Origin: Longimicrobiales bacterium
GTDB taxonomy: Bacteria; Gemmatimonadota; Gemmatimonadetes; Longimicrobiales; Gaopeijiaceae
Direction of reading: 5' to 3'
NCBI GenBank assembly: GCA_032250975.1
Contig: JAVVFC010000001.1
Coordinates: 1-60,128, forward strand
DNA length: 60,128 nucleotides
The notes beneath the pieces were generated by a model. It had not been told where the DNA came from, did not search any database, and saw nothing but the letters and a program-made list of their open reading frames with translations. Shown in pieces: positions 37,454 through 46,463 of this stretch (the stretch's first letter is position 1; each line of letters begins with the position of its first letter). Position numbers and translations under genes: made by a program.

Positions 37454-37969
37454 CTACCCGGACCGGAGGGGACCGGCGAAGAAGGCGGCCCCGTGCCAGC
37501 TGTCCCGGGCAGCGCGCTCCAGCCCCCCCGCGCGCAGCAAGCCCAGCGCGGTGAGGGTGGTATCGAAGACCGGGGTGTCGGGCGTGAGCTCCCCGCGTGA
37601 GGCCGCGTCCCGGAACTCGTTGCGGCTCATCCGCCTGATGCGACCGACCTCATCCCGGAAGTAGACCGGTGCATGGTCGAGGACGCGGCACCCCAGCCGG
37701 GCCTCCTCGGCCTTCAGAAGCCGGGTCAGCGCGTCCACGGAGCACCCGGACGGCGGGACGCTGGCCGGGTCCACGGCCACCAGCAGGAAGCGATCCTCCA
37801 GCAGGCGGCAGCCGGCGGTGAGCGGGGCGCCGTGGGCGGCCCACCCGTCCAGAAAGGCCTCCACCGCCCCGAGGAGCCGTCTGCCCGCGTCGGCGTCCAG
37901 CGGCTCGTGGGCGGCGAACACCCACAGGCGGGCGTCGTCGGGCAGGTCGTCGAACGGGATCCTGGGCAT
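37454..37969 (-). CDS. Conserved hypothetical protein (SGCS.D motif)
   Basis: MPRIPFDDLPDDARLWVF..WAAHG..SGCSVD..TPVFD; GGAG SD; the ORF track extends it artificially. Confidence 0.78.
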   Translation of the reverse strand: MPRIPFDDLPDDARLWVFAAHEPLDADAGRRLLGAVEAFLDGWAAHGAPLTAGCRLLEDRFLLVAVDPASVPPSGCSVDALTRLLKAEEARLGCRVLDHAPVYFRDEVGRIRRMSRNEFRDAASRGELTPDTPVFDTTLTALGLLRAGGLERAARDSWHGAAFFAGPLRSG

Positions 37970-37977
37970 GCTGCGTC

Positions 37978-39192
37978 TCACACCCCCCGTGCGCTCGGGA
38001 GCGGCGGCTCCCCCGCCCCGCTCCTCTCCCCCACCGCCCCGTCGCCGGCGCCGGGAGCGGGGGTCTCCCCGCTCCGCCCCGACGCTGCGGCGCCGCCCGA
38101 CGGACTGCTCCCCAGCGAAGCCACAGACACGGGCGGTCGCTTGTCGATCAGGATCGCCACCCAGCGCAGGTCGCGGGTGTTCTCCAGGAAGATCTTCACC
38201 ACCATGGTGAGAGGAACCGAGAGCAGGGCTCCCAGCGGCCCCCAGGTCCACCCCCAGAAGAGCAGCGAGAGCATCACCACCAGGGTCGAGATGCCCAGGC
38301 GGCGCCCCATCAGGCTGGGCTCCAGGATCGAGCCGAAGATGGTGTTGATGGCGAAGTAGCCGAGCGCCACCACCAGCGCGTGTCCGACCGTCCCCACCAG
38401 GATCAGGCTCAGGGCGATGCCGGGAATGGAGGCGATGATGGACCCCACGGTGGGGATGTAGTTCAGGAAGAAGCCGATGACGCCGAGCAGGACGGGAAAA
38501 TCCAGTCCCATGAACCACGCCCAGCCGCCGATCGCCAGGCCGGTCATGAGCGAGACCACCGTCTTGATCCCGAGGTACTCCTGCACCTCCTCCATGATCT
38601 TCTGGATGCGCTCCTCCCCCCGGATCCCGCTTCCCAGAATGGCCTCCAGCTTGCCCGGGAGCGCGGTCATCTCGGAGAGGATGAACCCCATCACCAGCAC
38701 CACCAGCACGGCCTGGGCCAGGAGCGAGGCTCCCAACTGGGCCGTGCCGCCCAGGAACTCCAGCACCTGGTCCCGCCCCAGCAGCGTGAGCGGCACGATC
38801 TCCTGGGTGCCCTCGCCGAAGAGCTGGATCCCGACGTCCCCCAACGCCTCCTGCAGGTTGCGGGCCCACGCGACCTGGATCTCCTGCAGCCGCATCACGT
38901 AGCGGTCCCCCACCTGGCGCAGGTCGGCCAATGCGCGGCTGGCCCCCAGCAGGAGAAGGCTCGCCAGCCCCACCACCATGCCCACTGCCGTCAGGATGGC
39001 GAGGGTGGCGGGCACCCGCCGGCACTTGAGGAAGCTGACGACCGGATAGGTGAGAACGGCCAGAAAGAGCGCCAGCGCCGTGGGCACCAGAATCGGGGCG
39101 GCGAACTGAAGGCCCCAGACCACGACCACGCCGGAGGCGAGGACCAGCAGGAATCGCGCGCCCGGGTGTCGCTCGCTGCGGTCGTAGATCAT
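37978..39192 (-). CDS. AI-2E (PerM) family transporter
   Basis: YLGIKTVVS, LNYIPTVGS, LEPSLMG, SLLFWGWTWG..LSVPLT; alternative GTG start 39225. Confidence 0.92.
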   Translation of the reverse strand: MIYDRSERHPGARFLLVLASGVVVVWGLQFAAPILVPTALALFLAVLTYPVVSFLKCRRVPATLAILTAVGMVVGLASLLLLGASRALADLRQVGDRYVMRLQEIQVAWARNLQEALGDVGIQLFGEGTQEIVPLTLLGRDQVLEFLGGTAQLGASLLAQAVLVVLVMGFILSEMTALPGKLEAILGSGIRGEERIQKIMEEVQEYLGIKTVVSLMTGLAIGGWAWFMGLDFPVLLGVIGFFLNYIPTVGSIIASIPGIALSLILVGTVGHALVVALGYFAINTIFGSILEPSLMGRRLGISTLVVMLSLLFWGWTWGPLGALLSVPLTMVVKIFLENTRDLRWVAILIDKRPPVSVASLGSSPSGGAAASGRSGETPAPGAGDGAVGERSGAGEPPLPSARGV

Positions 39193-39269
39193 GGAGGCGG
39201 GAGAGTTGCGGGACGGGTTCACCAATGGTAGGACAATGGGGGATGCCTGACCATACTTCCAAACCCGAC

Positions 39270-39638
39270 ATGACCCGTTCGGATCCCCCGGGCGCCATCC
39301 CGGAGGACGACGCAGCGCTCCTGTCCCAGTGCCGGGTGGAGACGTTTCGCGCGGGGGGAAAAGGCGGCCAGCACCAGAACACCACCGACAGCGGGGTCCG
39401 CCTGGTGCACCGGCCCACCGGAATGCGGGCGGAGAGCCGCACCGAGCGCAGCCAGCTCATGAACCGGCGCCGGGCGCTCGCACGCCTGCGGGAGAAGCTG
39501 GATGCCCTGACCCGACGCCCGGCGGAGCGCGTCCCCACAACGCCCCCCCCGGCCTCACGGCGGCGGCGCCTTGAAGAGAAGCGCCGCCGCGCACGCCTCA
39601 AGAAGACGCGGCGTCCCCCCGGGCCGGAGGACGATTGA
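39270..39638 (+). CDS. Short peptidyl-tRNA hydrolase / ribosome rescue factor (ArfB-like)
   Basis: RAGGKGGQHQNTTDSGVRL, ERSQLMN, basic tail RRRRLEEKRRRARLKKTRR. Confidence 0.88.
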   Translation: MTRSDPPGAIPEDDAALLSQCRVETFRAGGKGGQHQNTTDSGVRLVHRPTGMRAESRTERSQLMNRRRALARLREKLDALTRRPAERVPTTPPPASRRRRLEEKRRRARLKKTRRPPGPEDD

Positions 39639-42301
39639 GTTCCTGGCACGCCCTCCCCGTCCAGGCGGTGCTGAGGGAGCTCGATTCGTCGCCCGACGGG
39701 CTGAGTGCAGCCGAGGCCGGTCGCCGGCTGACGCGGCACGGCCCCAACGCCCTGGAGGCGACGCCCGCCGCCTCACCCTGGCGGATCCTGGCCGAACAGT
39801 TCCGCAGCCTGGTCGTGCTCCTGCTGCTGGCGGCGGCGCTGGTCGCTTTGCTGCTGGGCGACGTGATGGAGTCCGTGGCCATCGGCGTGGTGTTGATGCT
39901 GAACGCCGGCATCGGCTTCGCTGTGGAACTCCGCGCCCGTCGGGCCATGGAGGCGCTGCTCGAGTACGCGGCGCCCACGGCGAACGTCCTGCGGGAGGGC
40001 GCCGCCGTGAGCGTGCCCGCCGCGGAACTCGTCCCGGGCGACGTGGTGCTGGTGGAGGCGGGGGACGCGGTGCCGGCGGACGCGCGCCTGCTCGAAGCCT
40101 GGGACCTGCGGGTCACCGAGGCGGCCCTGACCGGGGAGTTCGTTCCGGTCCTCAAAGCCATCGATCCCGTCCCCGAGGATGCGGTGCCGGCGGACCGGAC
40201 TTCGGTCCTTTTCATGGGTACGGGTGTGGCCGCCGGGCGCGGCACCGCGGTGGTGGTCGGTACCGGGGTGGAGACGGAGCTCGGCCGCATCGGTGCGCTG
40301 GTTGCGGGCGTCGAGGCGCGCCGGACGCCGCTGGAGCGTCGGCTGGACGCCCTGGGGCGTCGCCTGGTCTGGTTCACCCTGGGGGTGGCGCTGCTGGTTG
40401 GGGGTGTGGGCGTGCTGCAGGGTCTTCCCCTCCGCGTCATGGTAGAGACGGCGCTGGCGCTGGCGGTGGCCGCAGTGCCGGAGGGGCTGCCCGCCGTGGC
40501 CACCATCACCCTCGCCGTGGGGCTGAGCCGGATGGCACGCCGGCACGCCCTGGTGCGGCGGCTGGTGGCGGTGGAATCGCTGGGGAGCACCACGGTGGTC
40601 TGCACCGACAAGACCGGGACGCTTACCTCGGGCGAGATGACGGTCACCCGCATCGCGGCCCCGGGGTGGGAAGTCGAGGTCACGGGGGTGGGCTTCGACC
40701 CCGCGGGAGAGATCCGCCGCGGTGGCGCACCCGTCACGCCGCGAGCCGACACGCCGCTCGGGCAATTCCTGCGTACCACCGCGCTCTGCAGCGAGGCCAC
40801 CCTCGACCCGGAGCGGGGTCTGGTGCGCGGAGACCCGACGGACGCCGCACTGCTGGTGCTGGCGGCCAAGGGTGGCTTCGGGGAGGGGTCTGGGGCCGAG
40901 GCACCACCCGAGGTCGAGAAGGTCCCCTTCCTGTCCGAACGCCCGCTTACGGCCTCGCTCAGGCGGGAGGCGGACGGGCGCACCTCGGTCCACGTGAAGG
41001 GGGCGCCCGCCGAGGTCGTCGCGCGCTGCGCCGCTCGGCTGGACGCGGAGGGTGGAGAAGCCGTGCTGGGCGCGGCGGAGCGGCGCGAGATCGAGGCCCT
41101 CAACGATGCGCTCTCCCGGGAGGGCCTCCGCGTGATCGCGCTGGCACGGGCCTCCGAAGCGGGCTCCGACCCGCTCCGGGAGCTCACCTTCCTGGGCTAT
41201 GCCGGGATCACGGACCCGCCCGCGTCCGGGGTGGCGGAGACCATCGAGGGACTGCGCCGGGCCGGAATCCGCACCGTCATGATCACCGGAGACCAGCCTG
41301 CCACCGCCGGCGCCATCGCCCGGGCCCTGGGGATGATCGAGGAGGGCAGCCGCGTGGTGGAGGGGCGCGAACTCACCGGACTCCCGCGCGAGGCGCTGGA
41401 GGCCGTGGTGGCGGAGGCGGGGGCCTTCGCCCGCGCCACGCCCGCCAACAAGCTGGACATCGTTGCCGCCCTTCAGGCGCGGGGGGAGGTGGTGGCCATG
41501 CTGGGGGACGGCGTCAACGACGCGCCCGCCCTCAAGCGCGCGGACGTGGGGGTGGCGATGGGGGGGCGGGGCACGGATGCGGCCCGTGAGACCGCGGCGG
41601 TGGTGCTCCAGGACGACCGCTTCCCCACCATCGCCCGCGCGGTGGAGGAGGGGCGGGTCATCTTCGACAATATCCGCAAATTCGTCTTCTACCTCTTCTC
41701 CTGCAACGTGGCGGAGGTCCTGGTCCTGCTGGTTGCCGGCGTGGCGGGACTCCCCCTGCCCCTCCTCCCCCTGCAGATCCTCTGGCTCAACCTGGTGACG
41801 GACACCTTCCCCGCCCTCGCGCTGGCCATGGAACCGGGCGAGGAGGGCATCATGGCGCGGCCTCCGAGAGCGCCCGACGCCGGTATCCTGTCCCGACGCT
41901 TCGTGCGTGCGCTCTTCTTCTACGCCGGCCTCATCACCCTCGTGACCCTGGCGGTCTACCTCTGGGCCCTGCAGACACGGGGAGCGGCGCATGCGAACGC
42001 CGCCGCCTTCATGACACTGGCCCTGGCGCAGATCTTCCACCTTGGGAACGCCCGCTCGCACGACGCGGTGCTCTCACGCAAGCGGGCGATGGCCAACCCC
42101 TGGGCGCTGGCGTCCCTGCCCCTGGTGGTGGGACTCCAGGTGGCCGCCGTTCACACGCCCGCGCTGCAGCGCATCCTCGGCACCGCGCCCCTCACGCCCA
42201 CCGAATGGGGCGTGGTCACCGCCGCGGCGCTCGTCCCCGCCGTGACGGGGCAGGCGCTGCGCTGGACGCGCGCGCATCACAGTGGGCCCGGCAGGACTTG
42301 A
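39635..42301 (+). CDS. P-type ATPase, type IIA (Ca2+-transporting-like)
   Basis: PEGLP, DKTGTLT, KGAP, MITGD, GDGVNDAPAL, NVAE, NLVTD; TGEF in place of TGES. Confidence 0.93.
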   Translation: MSSWHALPVQAVLRELDSSPDGLSAAEAGRRLTRHGPNALEATPAASPWRILAEQFRSLVVLLLLAAALVALLLGDVMESVAIGVVLMLNAGIGFAVELRARRAMEALLEYAAPTANVLREGAAVSVPAAELVPGDVVLVEAGDAVPADARLLEAWDLRVTEAALTGEFVPVLKAIDPVPEDAVPADRTSVLFMGTGVAAGRGTAVVVGTGVETELGRIGALVAGVEARRTPLERRLDALGRRLVWFTLGVALLVGGVGVLQGLPLRVMVETALALAVAAVPEGLPAVATITLAVGLSRMARRHALVRRLVAVESLGSTTVVCTDKTGTLTSGEMTVTRIAAPGWEVEVTGVGFDPAGEIRRGGAPVTPRADTPLGQFLRTTALCSEATLDPERGLVRGDPTDAALLVLAAKGGFGEGSGAEAPPEVEKVPFLSERPLTASLRREADGRTSVHVKGAPAEVVARCAARLDAEGGEAVLGAAERREIEALNDALSREGLRVIALARASEAGSDPLRELTFLGYAGITDPPASGVAETIEGLRRAGIRTVMITGDQPATAGAIARALGMIEEGSRVVEGRELTGLPREALEAVVAEAGAFARATPANKLDIVAALQARGEVVAMLGDGVNDAPALKRADVGVAMGGRGTDAARETAAVVLQDDRFPTIARAVEEGRVIFDNIRKFVFYLFSCNVAEVLVLLVAGVAGLPLPLLPLQILWLNLVTDTFPALALAMEPGEEGIMARPPRAPDAGILSRRFVRALFFYAGLITLVTLAVYLWALQTRGAAHANAAAFMTLALAQIFHLGNARSHDAVLSRKRAMANPWALASLPLVVGLQVAAVHTPALQRILGTAPLTPTEWGVVTAAALVPAVTGQALRWTRAHHSGPGRT

Positions 42302-42355
42302 ACCTGCGACCGTTGGATTATGAGTCCACCGCTCTGACCACTGAGCTACGGGCCC
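42283..42355 (-). tRNA. tRNA with CAT anticodon, probably tRNA-Ile2 (lysidine); CCA not encoded
   Basis: GGGCCCG-TAGCTCAGTGGTCAGAGC-GGTGGA-CTCATAA-TCCAA-CGGTC-GCAGGTTCAAGTCCTGC-CGGGCCC-A cloverleaf; paired first position and no GGG/CCC anticodon stem, so not initiator; Ile2 vs elongator Met is inferred. Confidence 0.92.
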
Positions 42356-42413
42356 GGATGACGCAAACATAGGGCCGTGGCCCCGCCCACGTCACCCGGG
42401 CCCGCGACCCCGC

Positions 42414-43493
42414 TCAGTACCGGAGCCGGACGGCGAGTCCCTCCCCGGTCCGGTCGAGACGTTCGGCCGCCGGCCCTTCCAGCACCTCGATCTCCGCGTT
42501 CTGGTCCAGGGCCGCCTGCACCAACTGCTCCGTCAGCCGGGATTCCCGGGCATGCAGGTTGCCGGAGATGAGCAGGAGTTCGGCGCGCTGCTCCCGCAGC
42601 ATCTTGCGGGTATCGCGCGTACCTGTACGCCCGCGCCCGTCCGGACGCACCTCGGCGAGCACCTCCTCCAGCAGCCCCTCCTGGAGCTTCCGGGTGAGTG
42701 CCGAAACCGCGTCCCGCACCAGGGGCTCCATTCGCGACAACTCCATGTCCAGCGCGAGACCGGGCGCCACGGCGGTCCTGGCTGCCAGCGGCCCATCCAC
42801 CAGACGGTTCAGGCGAGCGGTGGTCTCGCCCGGACCGCCCAGCAGCAGCAGCCCGTCCCTCCCCGCCTCGGCCGTGGCGCGTTCGACGGCCTCGTGATGC
42901 AGCCGCTCCGCCTCCACCTCCAGGAACCGCTGCGCCAGGTCCCTGCCGGTCGCGCCCCGCACACCCGTGCTGCGTGCGGCCCGCTTGGCCATCGCGCTCT
43001 CGCTCACGTCGCCGACGTCCGCGAACGCCACCAGGCCCGGGGTCTCCTCCAGAGCGCCTTCCCGGAAGCGGAGCACGCGCGCGTGCCGGCGGTCCGCCAC
43101 CACCACCACGGCGGGGCGCAGGTGGCGCATCCCCCCGAAGTAGGGCGCGACGTGGGGACCTGCCTCCCAGAGGACCAGGTCCGGGACCGGAAAGGGGACC
43201 TCCTCCGAATGCTGCAGGGAGGCCGCGGTGGCGAACGCCACATAACCGCACCCAGGCAGGAAGCCGTCGGCGGGCAGGGTGGCCTCGACGTGCTCGAGGG
43301 CACGGTCGAAGGCGGTTACGGCAGACGCACCCTCCCCGAGCCCCTGCCGGACCTCCCGGCATGTCCGCTGCAGGCGGGTGCGCCAGGCACTGCGCAGCGC
43401 GGGGTCGTGCTGGTCGGTGTTCAGGTAGACGGAGAGAACCGGTTCGTCCTGCAGTTCGCGGTGAAGCCGCGCGAGGCGTTCGCGACTGAGCAT
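42414..43493 (-). CDS. Bacterial archaeo-eukaryotic release-factor-like (aeRF1/baeRF) protein lacking GGQ
   Basis: VLSVYL N-domain, VVVVADRRHARV RNase-H-like core, LLLLGG, L7Ae-like C-terminus (ALDQNAEIEV..GLAVRLRY); GGAGG SD. Confidence 0.75.
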   Translation of the reverse strand: MLSRERLARLHRELQDEPVLSVYLNTDQHDPALRSAWRTRLQRTCREVRQGLGEGASAVTAFDRALEHVEATLPADGFLPGCGYVAFATAASLQHSEEVPFPVPDLVLWEAGPHVAPYFGGMRHLRPAVVVVADRRHARVLRFREGALEETPGLVAFADVGDVSESAMAKRAARSTGVRGATGRDLAQRFLEVEAERLHHEAVERATAEAGRDGLLLLGGPGETTARLNRLVDGPLAARTAVAPGLALDMELSRMEPLVRDAVSALTRKLQEGLLEEVLAEVRPDGRGRTGTRDTRKMLREQRAELLLISGNLHARESRLTEQLVQAALDQNAEIEVLEGPAAERLDRTGEGLAVRLRY

Positions 43494-43624
43494 GAAACCT
43501 CCCGACCCGTGGGTCCGGCGCCCGTTGCGCCGCCGGAGTTGCGCATGGAGGGTCGTCCCTTCACATGAATCTCCCCACTTTGCCGTGCTTTGCAAGCCCC
43601 GGCCCCCGGGGTAGCTTCGGGGTC

Positions 43625-44971
43625 ATGCGCGTACTCATCGTGGGTGCCGGCGAAGTGGGGTTCCACCTGGCGGAGCGCCTGTCCCAGGAGGGTCAGGACG
43701 TGGTCCTCCTGGAGCAGGATCCGGAGCGGGCGGACTTCGCCTCCAAGCAGCTCGACGTCCTGACCCTGGCCGGAAACGGCGCTTCGCTCCCCGTGCTGGA
43801 AAAGGCCGGGGTGAAAGGTGCTCGCATACTGCTGGCGGTCACCTCACAGGACGAGGTGAATCTGATCTCGTGTCTGGCCGCCTCCCGCATGGGGGTCGAA
43901 TTCACGGTGGCGCGCGTCTCCAACCCGGAGTACTTCCAGCGGGGCTCGGTCCTCTCGGGGGACCAGATGGGAATCGACCTGCTCATCAATCCGGAGCGAG
44001 AGTGCGCGTGGGAGACCTTCCAGCTGCTGCAGGCCGCCGCCGCGACCGACGTGGCGCAGTTCGCCCAGGGGCGAGTCGAACTGCTCGGGGTACGGGTGAA
44101 GGAGGGCGCCCCCGTGGCCGGCCGCACGCTGGCGGAGGTCGGCGTCGAACTCAAGGACCTGCACTACAACACGGTGGCCATCCGCCGGGGGGACAGGACC
44201 ATCATCCCTCGCGGCGCGGACCGGGTCCTGGTGGGCGACCAGATCTACGTGCTCGCGCCCACCGAGGAGGTCGGCCGCATCCATCAGCTGGCGGGGCACG
44301 AGGACTTCGAGCTGCGTCGGGTGATGATCGCCGGGGGGAGCGAAGAGGGGGCCTACCTGGCCGAAATGCTCGAGCAGAACGGCATCGAGTGCACGATCCT
44401 GGATCATGATCGGCGCCGGTGCCTGGAGCTGGCCGAGCGGCTTCCGCGCTCCCTGGTTCTCCACGCCGACGCCACCGATCTGGAGCTGCTGGAGATGGAG
44501 GGCGTAGCCGGGATCGACGGCTTCGTGGCCTGTACCGGTCAGGACGAGACCAACATGCTCGCCTCGCTGCTGGCCAAGTCGGTGGGGGCGCGCAAGGTGG
44601 TGAGCCTGGTGCATCGCTTCGCCTACCTGTCCATCGTCGCCAAGGTGGGCATCGACGCGGCCGTCTCGCCCCGCATGTCCACGGTCAACGCCATTCTGCG
44701 CTACGTGCGCCGAGGTCGCGTGCTGACAGTGGCCGCGCTGCAGGGCATCGATGCGGAGGCCATCGAGTTCAGCGTCGGACCGGGAGCCCCCATCGTCGGG
44801 CGCCCGCTGCACGAGGTCCAGATTCCGGCCGGCGCCTTCATCGGCACGATCCTGCGGGGCGAGGAGATCATCCTTCCGCGCGGGGGCGACTGCATCCAGG
44901 CCGGTGACGAGGTCATAGTCTTCACCCTCCCCGAGGCGATCTCCCGCGTGGAACGCCTCTTCGCCGAGTAG
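43625..44971 (+). CDS. trkA: Trk K+ uptake NAD-binding subunit TrkA
   Basis: MRVLIVGAGEVG, two RCK N/C pairs; TAGCTT-N7-ATG leaderless start. Confidence 0.95.
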   Translation: MRVLIVGAGEVGFHLAERLSQEGQDVVLLEQDPERADFASKQLDVLTLAGNGASLPVLEKAGVKGARILLAVTSQDEVNLISCLAASRMGVEFTVARVSNPEYFQRGSVLSGDQMGIDLLINPERECAWETFQLLQAAAATDVAQFAQGRVELLGVRVKEGAPVAGRTLAEVGVELKDLHYNTVAIRRGDRTIIPRGADRVLVGDQIYVLAPTEEVGRIHQLAGHEDFELRRVMIAGGSEEGAYLAEMLEQNGIECTILDHDRRRCLELAERLPRSLVLHADATDLELLEMEGVAGIDGFVACTGQDETNMLASLLAKSVGARKVVSLVHRFAYLSIVAKVGIDAAVSPRMSTVNAILRYVRRGRVLTVAALQGIDAEAIEFSVGPGAPIVGRPLHEVQIPAGAFIGTILRGEEIILPRGGDCIQAGDEVIVFTLPEAISRVERLFAE

Positions 44972-44984
44972 CGCCAGGAAGCCG

Positions 44985-46463
44985 GTGTCACTCCGTCGCG
45001 TCCTGGGCGTGGTCGGCCTCATGGAGATCTTCTTCGGGATCGCCATGGCGGCGCCGCTGGCGGTATCGCTCATCTACCGGGACGGCGACGCCCTGGCGTT
45101 CCTGGGCGCCATGGTCCTCACGATCGCAGCGGGCGGCGCGCTCTCGCGCCTGGCTCGCGGCGACAGCGAGATCACCACGCGCGAGGGCTTCGCCATCGTC
45201 ACTCTCGGCTGGACGGGCGCGGCCGCCTTCGGTGCACTCCCGTATCTGTTCACCGGTACCGCGGGTGGATTCTGGCGCGCCCTCTTCGAGTCCATGTCCG
45301 GGCTCACCACCACCGGTGCGACCATCTTCTCCGACATCGAGGCGCTGCCGCGCGGCATCCTCTTCTGGCGCTCCCTCACCCACTGGATCGGGGGGATGGG
45401 AATCATCGTCCTGGCCATCGCCGTGCTTCCCTACCTCGGCGTGGGCGGGATGCAGCTCTTCCGGGCCGAAGTGCCCGGTCCCACGCCCGAGCGGCTCCGT
45501 CCCCGGATCGCGCAGACAGCCAAGCTGCTCTGGCTGGTGTACCTGGGCATGACGCTCGCACAGTCCCTGCTCTACCGGCTGGGCGGCCTGGACTGGTTCG
45601 ACGCCATCACCCACACCTTCGCCACGCTGGCCACGGGCGGCTTCAGCACCCGCAACGACTCCCTGGCCGCCTTCCCCTCCCCATTCGTCCAGTACGTCAC
45701 CATCCTGTTCATGTATCTGGCGGGGATCAACTTCGCCCTCCACTTCCGGGCCCTGACCGGACGCCTGGAGTACTTCCGGGACCAGGAGTGGCGCTTCCTG
45801 ACCGGGATCATCCTCGGCTCCGGACTGGTGCTGGCCGGGGTGAACCTGGTCGGCGGCGCGCACCCGCTCACGACGGGGGGTGTCGAGGAAGCAGTCCGGA
45901 CCGGGCTCTTCCAGAGTACTTCGATCACCACCACCACCGGCTTCGTCTCGGCCGACTACGAGGCCTGGCTGCCCGCGGGCCAGGTAATTCTGCTGGCGCT
46001 CATGTTCGTGGGCGGCATGGCGGGCTCCACCGGCGGGGGGATCAAGGCGGTCCGGGTGCTGCTCCTGCTCAAGCACGGCTGGCTCGAGGTGCGCAAGCAC
46101 CTGCACCCGCGCGCAATCTTCCTCACGCGCGTGGGCCGCCAGACGGTGGGCGAGGGGGTCATGGCCAACATCATCGGCTTCGTCCTCCTCTACCTCCTGC
46201 TGCTGCTCGCCGGTATCCTGGTGCTGGGGTTCATGGGCATGGACCTGCTGACCGCCCTCGGAGCGAGCGCCGCCACCGTGGGAAACATCGGGCCCGGATG
46301 GGGCGCCGTGGGAGCGACCGACCACTACGGGTGGATGGAAGCCCCCGCCCTCGCCGTGCTCACCTTCCTGATGCTGGTGGGTCGTCTGGAGATCTACACC
46401 GTCCTGCTGCTGCTGCTGCCGGAGACCTGGCGTCGGCGGCGGCCCCGGAGCGTACGAACATGA
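44985..46463 (+). CDS. trkH: Trk K+ uptake membrane subunit TrkH
   Basis: ESMSGLTTTG, GGMGIIVL, TGGFS, TTTGF, GSTGGGIK, GNIGPG, GRLEI. Confidence 0.96.
   Translation: MSLRRVLGVVGLMEIFFGIAMAAPLAVSLIYRDGDALAFLGAMVLTIAAGGALSRLARGDSEITTREGFAIVTLGWTGAAAFGALPYLFTGTAGGFWRALFESMSGLTTTGATIFSDIEALPRGILFWRSLTHWIGGMGIIVLAIAVLPYLGVGGMQLFRAEVPGPTPERLRPRIAQTAKLLWLVYLGMTLAQSLLYRLGGLDWFDAITHTFATLATGGFSTRNDSLAAFPSPFVQYVTILFMYLAGINFALHFRALTGRLEYFRDQEWRFLTGIILGSGLVLAGVNLVGGAHPLTTGGVEEAVRTGLFQSTSITTTTGFVSADYEAWLPAGQVILLALMFVGGMAGSTGGGIKAVRVLLLLKHGWLEVRKHLHPRAIFLTRVGRQTVGEGVMANIIGFVLLYLLLLLAGILVLGFMGMDLLTALGASAATVGNIGPGWGAVGATDHYGWMEAPALAVLTFLMLVGRLEIYTVLLLLLPETWRRRRPRSVRT

Noticed and set aside
37454-39739. 761-aa minus-strand ORF
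   Set aside because: Only the last 171 aa look like protein; the rest is an off-frame read through the AI-2E gene.
42283-42355. Prophage or integrative element at the tRNA
   Set aside because: No integrase, phage genes, att duplication or evident composition shift.
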